DNA from: a virus
DNA: 64,000 nt
Virus record (IMG/VR): IMGVR_UViG_3300046673_000058
Coordinates: 8,782 to 72,781 of that record
Direction: 5' to 3' (one strand)
Position 1 is the stretch's first letter. Each line of letters opens with the position of its first letter. Positions 50,440 through 61,413 of the stretch are shown here, piece after piece. The position numbers and the translations under genes were made by a program. Under the pieces are notes generated by a model, which worked only from the letters and a program-made list of their open reading frames with translations, was not told where the DNA came from and made no database searches.

Positions 50440-51212
50440 TGCTTATTTTTCTCCAGTTCCCGTTTCCATTTAGCTTTAAAAGCGCTGAATATGTCCAAAA
50501 ATTCGCCGAACTTCTCCGGGACGTCGTAATTATGTAAGTGAAATTCCTCTGCTATAGTTTGGTGCTCAACGTCAATATGTAACAGAAATGAAATGTCTGG
50601 AATTTTGCCGTAAGTTTCATTATAACAGGCAGCGTACGCCGCGAGTTGCCATTGGCTCTCTTCAGTCAGCGTCGAACCCGTTTTAAAATCTACTAAAATA
50701 ATTTGTTCACCGTGTCTTTTTGTGTTTTGTTTGGCTACTAAATCACACGCGCCTGCATAGCCGTGTTTTTTACTTACAAGATAGGCTTCGACGAGTAAGG
50801 GGGATAATTCGTTTTCTTTAATCCACTTCTCTATCTGAAACATAATTGCGCTTATTTTATGGTCTGCCTTCCGCTCTTCAGAGATGTCTTGGTTGTTAAA
50901 GCGTTTTTCGATGATGTGGTGGATTTTTGTACCTATTGCGCCTTTCTCATCTCGGTAGTTATCCGCTGCTTTCTTGGCGTTTTTAATTATTTTTTCAATG
51001 TTGAGTTCGCATGTGCCTTCGATGGAACAGATAAGTTGACTTTTTATTTCTCCTTCCATCATTTTGAGTTGCCAAGGGGTAAGGAACGGTTTAGCTAACA
51101 CATTTAAGATACTTGTCACTGAAGGATATTCTCGACCCTCGCCATCGACGTAACACCTGCCATAAGCGCGGTATTTTTGCTTAAGCATCATTTTCTCCTG
51201 ATTCTGCGACAC
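50436..51212 (-). CDS. PD-(D/E)XK exonuclease
   Basis: YPSVTSIL, GT.IH, E, YAG..D, DFKT and QLAAY motifs. Confidence 0.88.
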   Translation of the reverse strand: MSQNQEKMMLKQKYRAYGRCYVDGEGREYPSVTSILNVLAKPFLTPWQLKMMEGEIKSQLICSIEGTCELNIEKIIKNAKKAADNYRDEKGAIGTKIHHIIEKRFNNQDISEERKADHKISAIMFQIEKWIKENELSPLLVEAYLVSKKHGYAGACDLVAKQNTKRHGEQIILVDFKTGSTLTEESQWQLAAYAACYNETYGKIPDISFLLHIDVEHQTIAEEFHLHNYDVPEKFGEFLDIFSAFKAKWKRELEKNKQ

Positions 51213-51844
51213 AACGTTGGCAGTGTTGACTTATGCCCTTCCTCGCGTGCACCGCGCTAAATCCCTTCACACACACATACCCTTTATTGCGCGAACGCTC
51301 ATCACCACACACAATCACCGGCTTTTTCGACTTCTTAGGACTCATCAGCCACCTTTCTCCTATTGTGCCACCAGAAACGCTGGTATGCGGCGTGGTCTTG
51401 ATATAACGCTTGGGGAATACAGTTTGTACAAAATCGTTTATTTTGCCACCCGTTTACTCTTACTACATAGCGGCCCTTTTTTTGAGCGGTTACGATGGTG
51501 AAAGGCTGATTGCATAAGCGACAGATGCGTGTGATTGTTTTTTCTCTCATGTTTTAGCCTTCAAACACCACGTTGTATCGATTAATCAACCAATTAACAC
51601 ACTTTTTTGTCGTGTTCATTAGTTCAACCGTATATGGAGAGATTAACGATATAACCTGAAAAGGGACTATATACGTATCTTCAAATCGCACATCTACTTG
51701 GTCACCAATCATACAATTGTATACGGCTTCGATTGAGTTGATGTATAGGCGCACGGATGTTCGCGAGAAACGAAAGTCCAGAATATCGATGCTGCTGCAC
51801 GCGGTTGGTTTTTCTAATGGCGTATTACATATTAGGGTCATGTT

Positions 51845-52180
51845 TTAAACCGTTAAAAATGGTTTCCACTTCGGCCTCGTATCAATCCGCTTTCTCCAAA
51901 TCTCTGCGTCCCTGACGACGTGTTCGTTATGCGATTTAAATGACATCAGATGGCCGAACATAAGGTGATGGTTCGCCCCAGTAGTGCAGAGCGTTATGAG
52001 ATTAGTAGGCTCTAACTCCAACGCTGGATAGAGATAATAAGGATAGATATGATGCGCGGTTAATCGCTTCCGGGCGCCACATACGGCACATTCGGGATGT
52101 TGTTTAATAAAGAGTCTTCGGACTTTAGGCCAATCGTCGCTGCGTTTGAACGTGGATAAGAAGAGCTCGTCTTTCTTCAT
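51845..52180 (-). CDS. Small HNH endonuclease
   Basis: W.K.R...C..CG....AHHI.P...NLITLC...H motif. Confidence 0.85.
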   Translation of the reverse strand: MKKDELFLSTFKRSDDWPKVRRLFIKQHPECAVCGARKRLTAHHIYPYYLYPALELEPTNLITLCTTGANHHLMFGHLMSFKSHNEHVVRDAEIWRKRIDTRPKWKPFLTV

Positions 52181-52538
52181 CTAGTCACAACTTATATCAT
52201 TATCGTAGCACACCAAAGAAGGGTCGCTGCCGTCTGGTAGTCGCTCACCCTCATCATCCCTACATACAAAAATCTTCTCGATTGTTTGCTCTATGTAATA
52301 TTTTCCTGCACTGTACGGGTGTACTGCTACTGCTTGCGGAGCCATCATCATGTAGCCAATTCTCCCTTTATACCGCGCGTTTAATGTATCCCAGTCTGGT
52401 TCGTCATAATACTCTCTTTGATACACGAGCCTATACAGCTCGTCTTTTCTAAACCTAGCCTGGCTGACTTCTTCTTCTGTTTCAGTCATTTTTACCTAAA
52501 GGAGGTTTTGTTAGCCATGTCTCATTTTTAGTTAGTGC

Positions 52539-52610
52539 CGGGGACGGGGGGACTCGAACCCCCAATAGTTACGCCCACAGCCGGCCTGCGCTGCACCACG
52601 CGTCGCCCCC
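52539..52610 (-). ncRNA. tRNA-like element with degenerate anticodon arm
   Basis: Acceptor GGGGGCG/CGTCCCC, T-arm GGGGG-TTCGAGT-CCCCC, D-like stem GCGT/GCGC; no canonical anticodon stem; 72 nt. Confidence 0.6.
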
Positions 52611-53000
52611 ATAGCCTAATCCTTCATCTACTTTCTGAAACACAGCAATAAAAGAAAAGACGCCGCTATAGAGCCCTTATAGGAGGTCTAACTACCGCTT
52701 GCAGTTCCTTTATCTGCCGCTGCTGCTCGTTAACGATTTGCTTGAGTTCTATTACGGTATGATACATCTCCGTGGCCAGCTTGCCGTGTGTAGCCATACG
52801 GGCCTCGAAGTCGCGCAGCCACGCGTCTGATTGTTCCATGTGTTCGTCGATGCGTGTGTGTGCGTTATTCACGTCGTCGAGTATGTTCTCTTTCCATAAC
52901 GCTTCAATCGGACTTGTGTTAGTCCCGGGCCCTACCCCCCCTTGCATTGTTTTACCCCCTCACAGTACTCAAACAACTTACTAAGTGTTCGTTATGTTAC

Positions 53001-53501
53001 TTAACCCTTCTTCAACGTCTGCGATTGTAAAAATTCCTCTGGTGTTTTTGTACCCTTCTTTAAATTACAAGAGGCACATGAGATTACTATATTTTCTATG
53101 GTGTTTGAACCACCGCGTGATACTGGGATTTTATGGTCTACATGAATCACATTGTCAAACGATGAATAAAGCAGTTCACCGCAGTAAAAACAAAAACCTT
53201 CTTGTTGTTCGAACTGCCCATATAATTCATCAATCGTATAATCACCTTTCCCATTAAGCCTAGCACGGCGCCTGTGTTGTGATAGTCTACAATTCTCTGG
53301 ATGCTCTTTCTGCCACTTTCTCACTCGTTTGAACTCTTTTTCAGTGTGCGCTTTATAATATTTGCGGTCTGATTCGCGCTTTCTTATGTATGCCGTACAG
53401 TCTTGACAATACTTACGATTACTCCACCCTAGCACAGACGTATTAATAATTACAGATTCGCCACATCGCTCACACGTCTTCTTAAATGATAAGCCAGTCA
53501 T
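53001..53501 (-). CDS. HNH endonuclease, paralog of 24602-25228
   Basis: Shares FEQQEGFCFYCGELLY.SFD...H..H..P.SRGG.N...N..ISCA.CNL.KGTKT with the first copy. Confidence 0.92.
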   Translation of the reverse strand: MTGLSFKKTCERCGESVIINTSVLGWSNRKYCQDCTAYIRKRESDRKYYKAHTEKEFKRVRKWQKEHPENCRLSQHRRRARLNGKGDYTIDELYGQFEQQEGFCFYCGELLYSSFDNVIHVDHKIPVSRGGSNTIENIVISCASCNLKKGTKTPEEFLQSQTLKKG

Positions 53502-53851
53502 CTTTATTTTCCGGTAAGGACTGGCATATTCGCAGGGGTTTTTACCTTTGGTTTTACTCCTGTCACCAGTTCAGTCATCGCTAGGGGTATTGCGCATATC
53601 GTCAACAGTATTAACGCGACAACACTCTGCGAATACACTTTAGTTCGCGTGAACATCTTTTACCTCCTCTACTACTTTAATCGCTTCCAGAAGCTTACAC
53701 ATCTTCAATCCGCACGAGTCACAGACTTCTGTTCCTATATCTACCAGCATCGGGCAGTGTTCTGGGTCGAATTCACCCTGAATTGTCATGGTCTACGCCC
53801 CGAGCTTCAACAACCGACAGAGCACATTAAGAATGTGTGTGAACATCCTTC

Positions 53852-54132
53852 CTACGCCGCCACAATCCGGATTAATACCTCAGGGGCATTATAGTGTGCG
53901 AAAATTGCGTATGCTAGGGGGATTATAAAGCTAATTCCCACGGTGAATACTGCAAGGACCAGCGCCACAATGAGCGACACAATCCAACCAGCCGCGGAGC
54001 CCCATGACTTCTTCTTCATAAGGATGCTATTTTCCCCTTCCTCTTTGACAGTGTACCCCTGCGTTATGAAATCATCACGCAGTGCGTCCATGTCGTCATA
54101 ATCTCGTGCGTTTCTAAATCTCGGACTTGACA
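53852..54132 (-). CDS. Small membrane protein
   Basis: Start after GGTGA; two hydrophobic helices following KKKSWGS. Confidence 0.6.
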
Positions 54133-54939
54133 TTTTTTTCACCTTCGTAGTCTTCGACCGCGCGGATGACGTCAACAACGACTTCACCTATCGACGTGCG
54201 GAGTGTTCTGGCCTGTTCAGCCAACCATTCGTGTGCCTCGAGGGGCACTACTATGCTTTTCTTGTCGTTCATTCGTGTATCACCTCATTTTCTTACTGAT
54301 AATATGAATTGCCTCGCCAACGAGTATGCAAATGGCGACAGGCAGTGTAAGTATAACTGCTACGATTAGGCAGCACGTGTCGTTAAAGTTCATTTTCTAC
54401 CTTTCTTCTCTACGTAAACACCCGGCGTATCAGGGAGGCCGACTACTTTCCGCGCGTAGCAGGAGGGGCACACATAACTATCAGGATTCGCGACCGTGAA
54501 CTCCGCCATGCAGTTGGGGCATTTGATTTTGTGTCGTCTCCGGGTTGGCTTAATGGTAGTCATTTCTTCGCCTTCTTCCGCGCTCCAACTGTGTTATGCG
54601 CTCATTTTGCTGCTCTAAAATTTGAAACAATACAAAAACTTCCCGCGTGAGTAATGTAGTCTCCGGCACGTCGCCCCGTTCCCACGCGTCATACGTTGCG
54701 CGTAATACCTTAGCTTCTGGATGTTCGGTTATTTCGCGCATCCTATCAAGCATCGCTTTTGCTATTTCAGTCATTTCTTCGCCTTCTTCCGCAGTTTCTT
54801 CTCTGCCTTTCGTTTCTTTTCAGCGCTGCGTTGAATTACCTCTATCGAGAATTGTACGACGTCCATGGCAGGAATCATAACATAGTTACCTGCTTTGAAC
54901 CATTGTTCATCGATTCTTTTGAGGTTTAATACCATCTTT

Positions 54940-55265
54940 CACCTTAAGAAGTGTAACAAGGACCGCCAACCCGTTCGGCAGGAGTCACTCTTCCGAACAG
55001 ACGCCAGGGCTTTCTCTCCTGATATACCTTTCAAGCCTAACTTTTTGTTCCTAGATTGGCGGTCCTCGATTACTTTGTCGCATTCGGTAGTCGCTTCGTA
55101 GTCGCATAGTAAGCATGAATAGAAAAGGGAGCGGCACGGTGTTACGAATGCAGCATTTGGAGGTGAATCGATATGGCCAGAAATTCCGTTCATCGTGTTA
55201 CTCCCTTTTTTTGTTGTTAGCCATGGGTGAATTCTAGAGGTGCCGTTATACCCATGACTAACCTA
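54940..55265 (-). ncRNA. Candidate structured non-coding RNA
   Basis: TATA at 55288-94; stems 55216-28/55250-62, 55123-31/55201-09 and 54959-69/55056-66 with inner hairpins. Confidence 0.5.
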
Positions 55266-56306
55266 GTTAAGGGCTACGACTCGATGGTATATAAGACTAC
55301 CGAAGTAAATTTTTAGAGGTCTCAGCCATCCGCTCGTCCATCAAACCCCAAATACTAATCAGCACGTCACTCACTTGAAATATCGCGCAGATGTGGCAAT
55401 CGTGACCGCCCGGGTCCTGTCCTGTTCGCTCAAGGAACTCACACGGCTTCTCATCGGAATACATGCACTCTTTAGTCATTTTTCTGTGCCCCTTTAGCCG
55501 GTCGACCTACTACCTTCTTCCCCGACCCGTTCTCCACCGAATCAATCAACTCCAACAGCAATTCAATAATAACAAGCTCACCGCGATTATACCGGCCCGT
55601 TCCGCGTTGTTTGTCTACGTCGTCCATAATCATCTTAGCTCGAGCTAAACTCATTTTGTTACCTCTTCTAAATCAAGAACGGCATTTTCTTCAAACTTAA
55701 ACTCGTATTTCTTGCAGTCAATTTCTCTAACGAATATTGGGAAATCGAGTAACAAGCGAGGGTCTGTAGCTCGGAAGTCACCCCAATCAGTGTAATAATG
55801 TGGTTCTCTCGTCGCCTCTCGACACCACACAAAAGCCCAATCATCGGTGCGGCGTATCTCTTTACAGAATTTACACGTATCACAAAGCATGTCTCAAATC
55901 TCCTTATCTATTCGCTCTATGTCCTCTCGGTTGAGCGTCATCCATCCACTCATCCACCAATTAGCCGGGGTGCTCACGGATGCTGGCCTGTAACTTTCGT
56001 GTACGTGGTGAAGCAGCACCGCGAGTGGTATCCCTTTACTTTTGCATAACTTAATGAACATCTGCTGAAGAGCATACCTTTCTTCATATTCTGAATCATC
56101 GTCGAGCATTTCCTGACACACATAATAAACATCAGCAAGCGTTTCTAATCTAGAGTCGATAGTCATTTTTCACCCTTCACCGTGAAACTTAAAGGGGGTA
56201 ATTCTTCTTTTCGCCACGCTCGTCGTGCCCTATAAACGCTTTTCCGTTGATTAGCGTGAGTCAATATCCCCTGTTTCACTCTTTTTTACCTCATTTTTCT
56301 TCTTCT

Positions 56307-56477
56307 TTAGAATGGTGGTTTAAAGTTCACGATAGTATCTTTTAAATCAATATAATCCTGTTCAACATACTCTTCGTGTTCTCTTGGCATTAATTCCGCA
56401 ATAATATCTGGAACCTCGTTGGCTACCCGTGCTACTAAAACCTCAAACTGATACGCGACAATATTACAAACTGACAT
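56307..56477 (-). CDS. 56-aa microprotein, copy 2
   Basis: 52/56 aa identical to 34018-34188. Confidence 0.8.
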   Translation of the reverse strand: MSVCNIVAYQFEVLVARVANEVPDIIAELMPREHEEYVEQDYIDLKDTIVNFKPPF

Positions 56478-56618
56478 TTTCTTCTCCTTACTGATACGAA
56501 CGCATCTGCCATCATACAGTTAGTCATTTTTCATCCCGCTTTTCAATAATACAAAAACTACCCCATGGCTAACAACTAGGCCATGGGTTTGAACTGCACA
56601 ACATACACAGTCTCTTCT

Positions 56619-57050
56619 TCATCTATACACCTTTTGTTTCCATGCCGTACTTTTCCTATGTTCCTTGCTGTGGTGATTTGCACATAGTGGCATAATCCAA
56701 TTATCTGGGAACCCCTCCGCTACAATGTCGGCCCATTTGTAAGGGTATTTCCTTCTGTTGACGTGGTGTAATTGAAGAACTTGCTTGTCGGTTTCCCCAC
56801 AAATTATACAGCGTGGTTCACCCCCACAATAGTGCTCATAGATTTGCGCGACGTGATTCGCGATTCCAATATAAGATTTATGCTTCGGCTCTCCACGCTT
56901 ACTTTGTAAGCTAATTTTTTTCTTTAGTTCTTCGTGTCTGTAATACTCATCCATCTCTTTGTAGAGTGGGTCCGCATATACCCCCTTAAACCGCTTAGGG
57001 ATAACAACATCTGCTTGTATAACCTCCCTTTGTCTGTCAATCCATCGCAT
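56619..57050 (-). CDS. HNH-like protein
   Basis: CIICGE...LQLHHV...PLCANHH..EH motif. Confidence 0.7.
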   Translation of the reverse strand: MRWIDRQREVIQADVVIPKRFKGVYADPLYKEMDEYYRHEELKKKISLQSKRGEPKHKSYIGIANHVAQIYEHYCGGEPRCIICGETDKQVLQLHHVNRRKYPYKWADIVAEGFPDNWIMPLCANHHSKEHRKSTAWKQKVYR

Positions 57051-57439
57051 TATGCGGGTTCTCCTTCGTGTAAATACAAATCGTGTATCTGGTCGAGCGT
57101 AATCATTTTACGTTCTAAATCAACTACTACGTCATGCGACTGTCCTTTAACCTTCGTGTGCGCGGGGTTACAGCATTTGTTATTCCCGCAACGCATCGTA
57201 ATCCGCTTCATATCAGGAACTTCCCCATACGCTAAATAATATAAAACTCGCCTGATTTGAACGTACCGACCATGTCCACCTACTATCAACTTTTTCCCCA
57301 AGTAGAGTTGACCTGTGTCTTCTGTGTCTTTGAGTGTCCAACACCTAGGATGGTAACAACCCTCAATGCGGGCCGCTATCACTTTGCGGATTCTGTTTCT
57401 AGTTCCTTTATCCGGTTTTATTGCGAATGTGTCTGCCAT
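57050..57439 (-). CDS. His-Cys box / HNH_3-like endonuclease-like protein
   Basis: CW...R..Y....G.VP...CGNNKCCNPAH motif. Confidence 0.6.
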   Translation of the reverse strand: MADTFAIKPDKGTRNRIRKVIAARIEGCYHPRCWTLKDTEDTGQLYLGKKLIVGGHGRYVQIRRVLYYLAYGEVPDMKRITMRCGNNKCCNPAHTKVKGQSHDVVVDLERKMITLDQIHDLYLHEGEPA

Positions 57440-57579
57440 AATTTTGCCGATTGGTAATAGACTTGTATCTATATAATTATGTTGGTAAATATGTTAAATC
57501 TGTTAGTGGACTGAAAAAGAAAACGACTCTGCGTATATCAACAGTTGATACGTTGTGGGTATAAATAGCTGAACAGCAC

Positions 57580-57977
57580 ATGACCATTAAGGACATTTTT
57601 TTAGATTAATATAATAATATCAATCTACCCGACTTCTTTTGATTCGTACTGGTAACATATTAACATATTAACACATCCCACCCAACCTACAAGAACAGAT
57701 AGACCGAGAGGCACAGGGTAGTGGAGTCAGCCGACAAACGAAGCTTGCTGAGATACTAGAATCGTATTTTGAAGAGACTCCTGAACGCTCAGCGTCCCTT
57801 CGGGCCGCCTCGCTTAAAGAGCAACTAGCTTCTTTAGAAGAACACTACGAAAAACTCGAAGCGGATTATGAGTGGTTGCGCGGTGAGTATGCATTCTTAT
57901 CTACTAAACTCTTACCCGCAGCAGAGCGGACCATGACGCCCTGGTGGAGGCGGATATTCAAAAGAAAAAAGGCTTAG
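57580..57977 (+). CDS. Interrupted RHH/coiled-coil regulator gene (split by a 68-nt hairpin, or a pseudogene)
   Basis: MTIKDIFLD* at 57580-57609; start-less frame 57672-57977 HIPPNLQEQIDREAQGSGVSRQTKLAEILESYF...PWWRRIFKRKKA. Confidence 0.55.
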
Positions 57978-58503
57978 TGAACCAACAGCAACAACCCACC
58001 AAGCACAAACACCCCGACCCAGAATATTAAAACTATTCCAAGCCCGATTAATATACCTTTCATTGTAGCTTCTTTCATTCTTCTCCGTAGTTTTCCAGTG
58101 GAGCATCTAATATCTCTTTAATTTCTTCGACTGCCTCAGAATATGGGAGGTCATATACTGCCTTCCTAATATCATTGAGTTTATATTTACACCGGTTATA
58201 CGCTTCGTCGTATTCCATTTTTTAAACCTCTCCATCCTCTTCACGTTGCCGCTCTAGATATCCGTAAGGGCCGATGTGGTGCAAGTCCGGCTCATAGTTA
58301 TTAGTCGGGCAAAAAATATGGTCTTTGACCTTAACAAGTTTTAACTCAACGTGGATTTCCTCTAAACAAGTATCACACGTTTCCGTGCCTTTGACCCGTA
58401 TTCTGTTCCCACTTCCATCTGTTTCGAGAATCATCATAGCATGCCCACATTCCGGGCAAGGTAATAATATTAGGCCATCATTTGTTGGCATTTTTCAAAC
58501 CCC

Positions 58504-58689
58504 TCATTCCTCCACCGCCGCCTTCAAATCCTGTATTGCCCCCCATCGCGGGTCGTATCTCTTAAAGCTGCCTATAAGCATCGCTATAACTTTCTCGTAT
58601 GAGTCGGTGCGGAAGCATAGCGCTTTAAGTTCTTTAGCTGTGGAGTCGTTAAGTCGGATTGTTGTCATACTAGCACCCATATAACCCAC
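58504..58689 (-). CDS. RHH-like regulator
   Basis: MTTIRLNDSTAKELKAL...SYEKVIAMLI. Confidence 0.65.
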   Translation of the reverse strand: MGYMGASMTTIRLNDSTAKELKALCFRTDSYEKVIAMLIGSFKRYDPRWGAIQDLKAAVEE

Positions 58690-61413
58690 GCGACAAACGC
58701 AGCTAACGGTAAGAAGATACCTACAAGCGTCGCGTAGTCTCTAAAATCTTCGTTGGTCATTTCCATCATCACCGCACATCCCACGGCGGGACATAGTTCT
58801 CGTCGGTTATCTTCAGTTCATAGAAGAACTGATGTAAGATAACATCTGCTGCGTCATTATCTTCATTATCATAATCCTCGACCGCATTATGGACATAGTC
58901 AATAATCCCATCTTCTTGTATTTCGAGGGCCGTTCTATAAGGGTCGCCGCAATATGGTTCATACGGGAGTTTCCATAGTTTGCGTATTTTAGCTCATCTA
59001 TTTAACATAGTAGTCGCTATCCGCTTTATGCGGGTTTCGCTGAGCCCCTTTGTGTGGGCGCGTATAACCGCTTCCACCTGTCCCTTCTCGCTGAGTGCGT
59101 CGAACATACTTTTACAGCCGTAGTCTACCCATACTGGTTGATACTCACGCGGTTCACCGTCCATCCCTTCGCACGTAACATCGCGAGCGAAGGTAAATTG
59201 GTCGCACATCGCGCATTTGTAATATCCCATTGTCTTCACCTCAACTTACTATACGCACCCATTCTATATATATGTTTACTTTTAAACAACGTATTTAATT
59301 AAAAACAGTAAGAAGCATTAGACATGAATTGTTCACTCTTTTTCTTCCAAATAAATACCATACAACTCGTCAGTATCTGCTTGGTATAACCATTGTAATT
59401 CTTGCTCAGTCATTTTTCACCCTCATCTTTCTTCTCACAAAGATAACAAATATATTCAGTCATACGCGCTTTAGTCACAGGATAATGGCTACAGTCTATA
59501 CCTTCCCACTCAAGATAGTGTTTTAATTCTTCGCAGTTCATTTTTCACCTCTCGTTCCTTACCCCTTACCCTCTCGTGGTGTCCCGCACATTTTCCAAAC
59601 GCTATGGCAGTATCAAAACCGACTAGACACTGAATACTTCCGCTGCTACCATCCCAATAGTCCCTTTGGACGGACCAACAATCCCCACACATCCATGTAT
59701 TTTTTCCGTGATAAGTAGTCATTTTTCACACTCTTTCATATTCAATATAAACGTCTTTAATTTTTATTCCGTGAACTTTTGTAACCGGATAACGACTGAA
59801 ATCCCACTCAATGTTTAAGTCCTCTAATAATGTTGCAGGAACTATTCTACGTTGAGTCATTTTTCACCCATTAAATTCCTTCTTCTTTTCACGATATTGA
59901 TGATACTATAATATATCTGTAGCACGTCTCTATTTGTCCACGTATCCCCGTCAACTCCCCAGTTTTCTATTATTTCAATCTGCTTATTACAATAGTCAAT
60001 AACGTCTAGTGTCATTTTTCACCTCTCTCTTTCCTTATAAACACTCAAGATAGCGTTAACTGCTACGATGGTAGTTTCACAGTCCAACCCACCATTAAGA
60101 TACCCTTCGATAATCTTTAACGTCTCTTCGCTGTTCATTTTCATAACCTCTTTTCTTCTATTGATTTTCGCTCTGTTGGTTTGTAGTTCGGCATCCCGTC
60201 TCTTGATTCCGTCGCACCCATCATACCTTTAACTTCAATAAATCGCTTACCCGTTAGTTCACGCTTTACGAACATATCATTGCTAGGCACAATTTCAAAT
60301 TCGTTTTCGACTGATACTTTACCGTCTAAGATTTCAACGCCCGTAATATTCCCATTCTGACGTATGAATACATATATTTCTGCGGGTTTGTTAAATAAAG
60401 TCATTTTTCCACCCTCTCTTTCCATTCACCGCACCAACCATCTGCTACTTCCGGTTTATGCAAGTCACACCGAAACAGAGGGTGGAAATATGCGCACGCC
60501 CCACACCGTTCATCGTCAGTCATTTTTCACCCTCTTTTAAAGTCCACCCTTCCATCGCTTCATCAGTTATCCAGGAGTACGGAACCCAGCTCTCAAATCC
60601 GTTTACGCCGCTCCTGACATAGAAGCATTGGAGGTCGTCATTGTAGCCGAGTATGAGGGCCGGGGTTCCTTTGAGTATACAGATAACAGGGGCCCCCACT
60701 ACTATAGTCTCCTTGAGCGATTGCATTTTCAATACCCTCGCGACCTATACCATTCTGCTTTAGCTGCTTCGTCTGGATACTCATGATAGCATGCGAGATA
60801 ACATGGACAATCCGAACAGGCGTCCTCGTTCTCTATGCGCTCTTCACAAATTGAGTCGTCACCAGTGCATTCATCTTCCTGCATCGTTTTCACCTTTTTC
60901 ATACTTACTACACGCTATGTCGATAAACTCCGGTGCCGCTTCGACCCAAAACGTGCCACCAATAGCGCAAGGTATATCCCAATCACCAACCCAATCTGCG
61001 GTAACTCGCCAGTGGCTGGTACAGTGTTTGCACGTTTGGCAGAGCACCATCGTTACGCACCTTCCAACTCCTTAATCCTTAGTCGCGCGTTTACCATCTT
61101 AGTGTACCGCGCATTGGCTAGTTCTTTCCACATTTCCACGTGGGCTGTTAGGCGTTTTATCTGAGTGTCTTTGTCGCCTTCGAGGTCTTGGTAATAACCG
61201 CAAGCATCTACACCGCGGCATTTGTCTTCACAGTTTGAACAATCTCCCATTTTATTCACCCCTCAATAATCCTGAGCCACAAGAACGCCAGAGTCTAACC
61301 TATCAGCGATGCGCTTCAGTTGCCACGCGAGTTCTGCTTGTAAGAACTGGTTTGTTGTCCATTCTCCACTTGCGCCGAGTTCATCAAAGTAGGCTTTTTT
61401 CTTTTGGTCCATT
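58690..61413 (-). other. Dense array of microproteins, many Cys-rich
   Basis: Successive 30-95 aa ORFs with GGTGA RBSs and overlapping start/stop codons. Confidence 0.6.

Noticed and set aside
50436-51212. Cas4 / CRISPR adaptation gene
   Set aside because: Lacks the four-Cys Fe-S arrangement; fits a generic phage PD-(D/E)XK exonuclease.
52539-52610. Functional tRNA-His(GTG) or tRNA-Gln(CTG)
   Set aside because: No register gives both a paired anticodon stem and U33; kept only as tRNA-like.
34018-56477. Duplicated 171-bp segment as DGR TR/VR or attL/attR
   Set aside because: Mismatches are mostly synonymous and not adenine-restricted; similarity is limited to the ORF.
36930-60535. GGTGAAAAATGAC or CATGGCTAA repeats as a CRISPR array
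   Set aside because: Too short, irregularly spaced and separated by ORFs; no cas genes.
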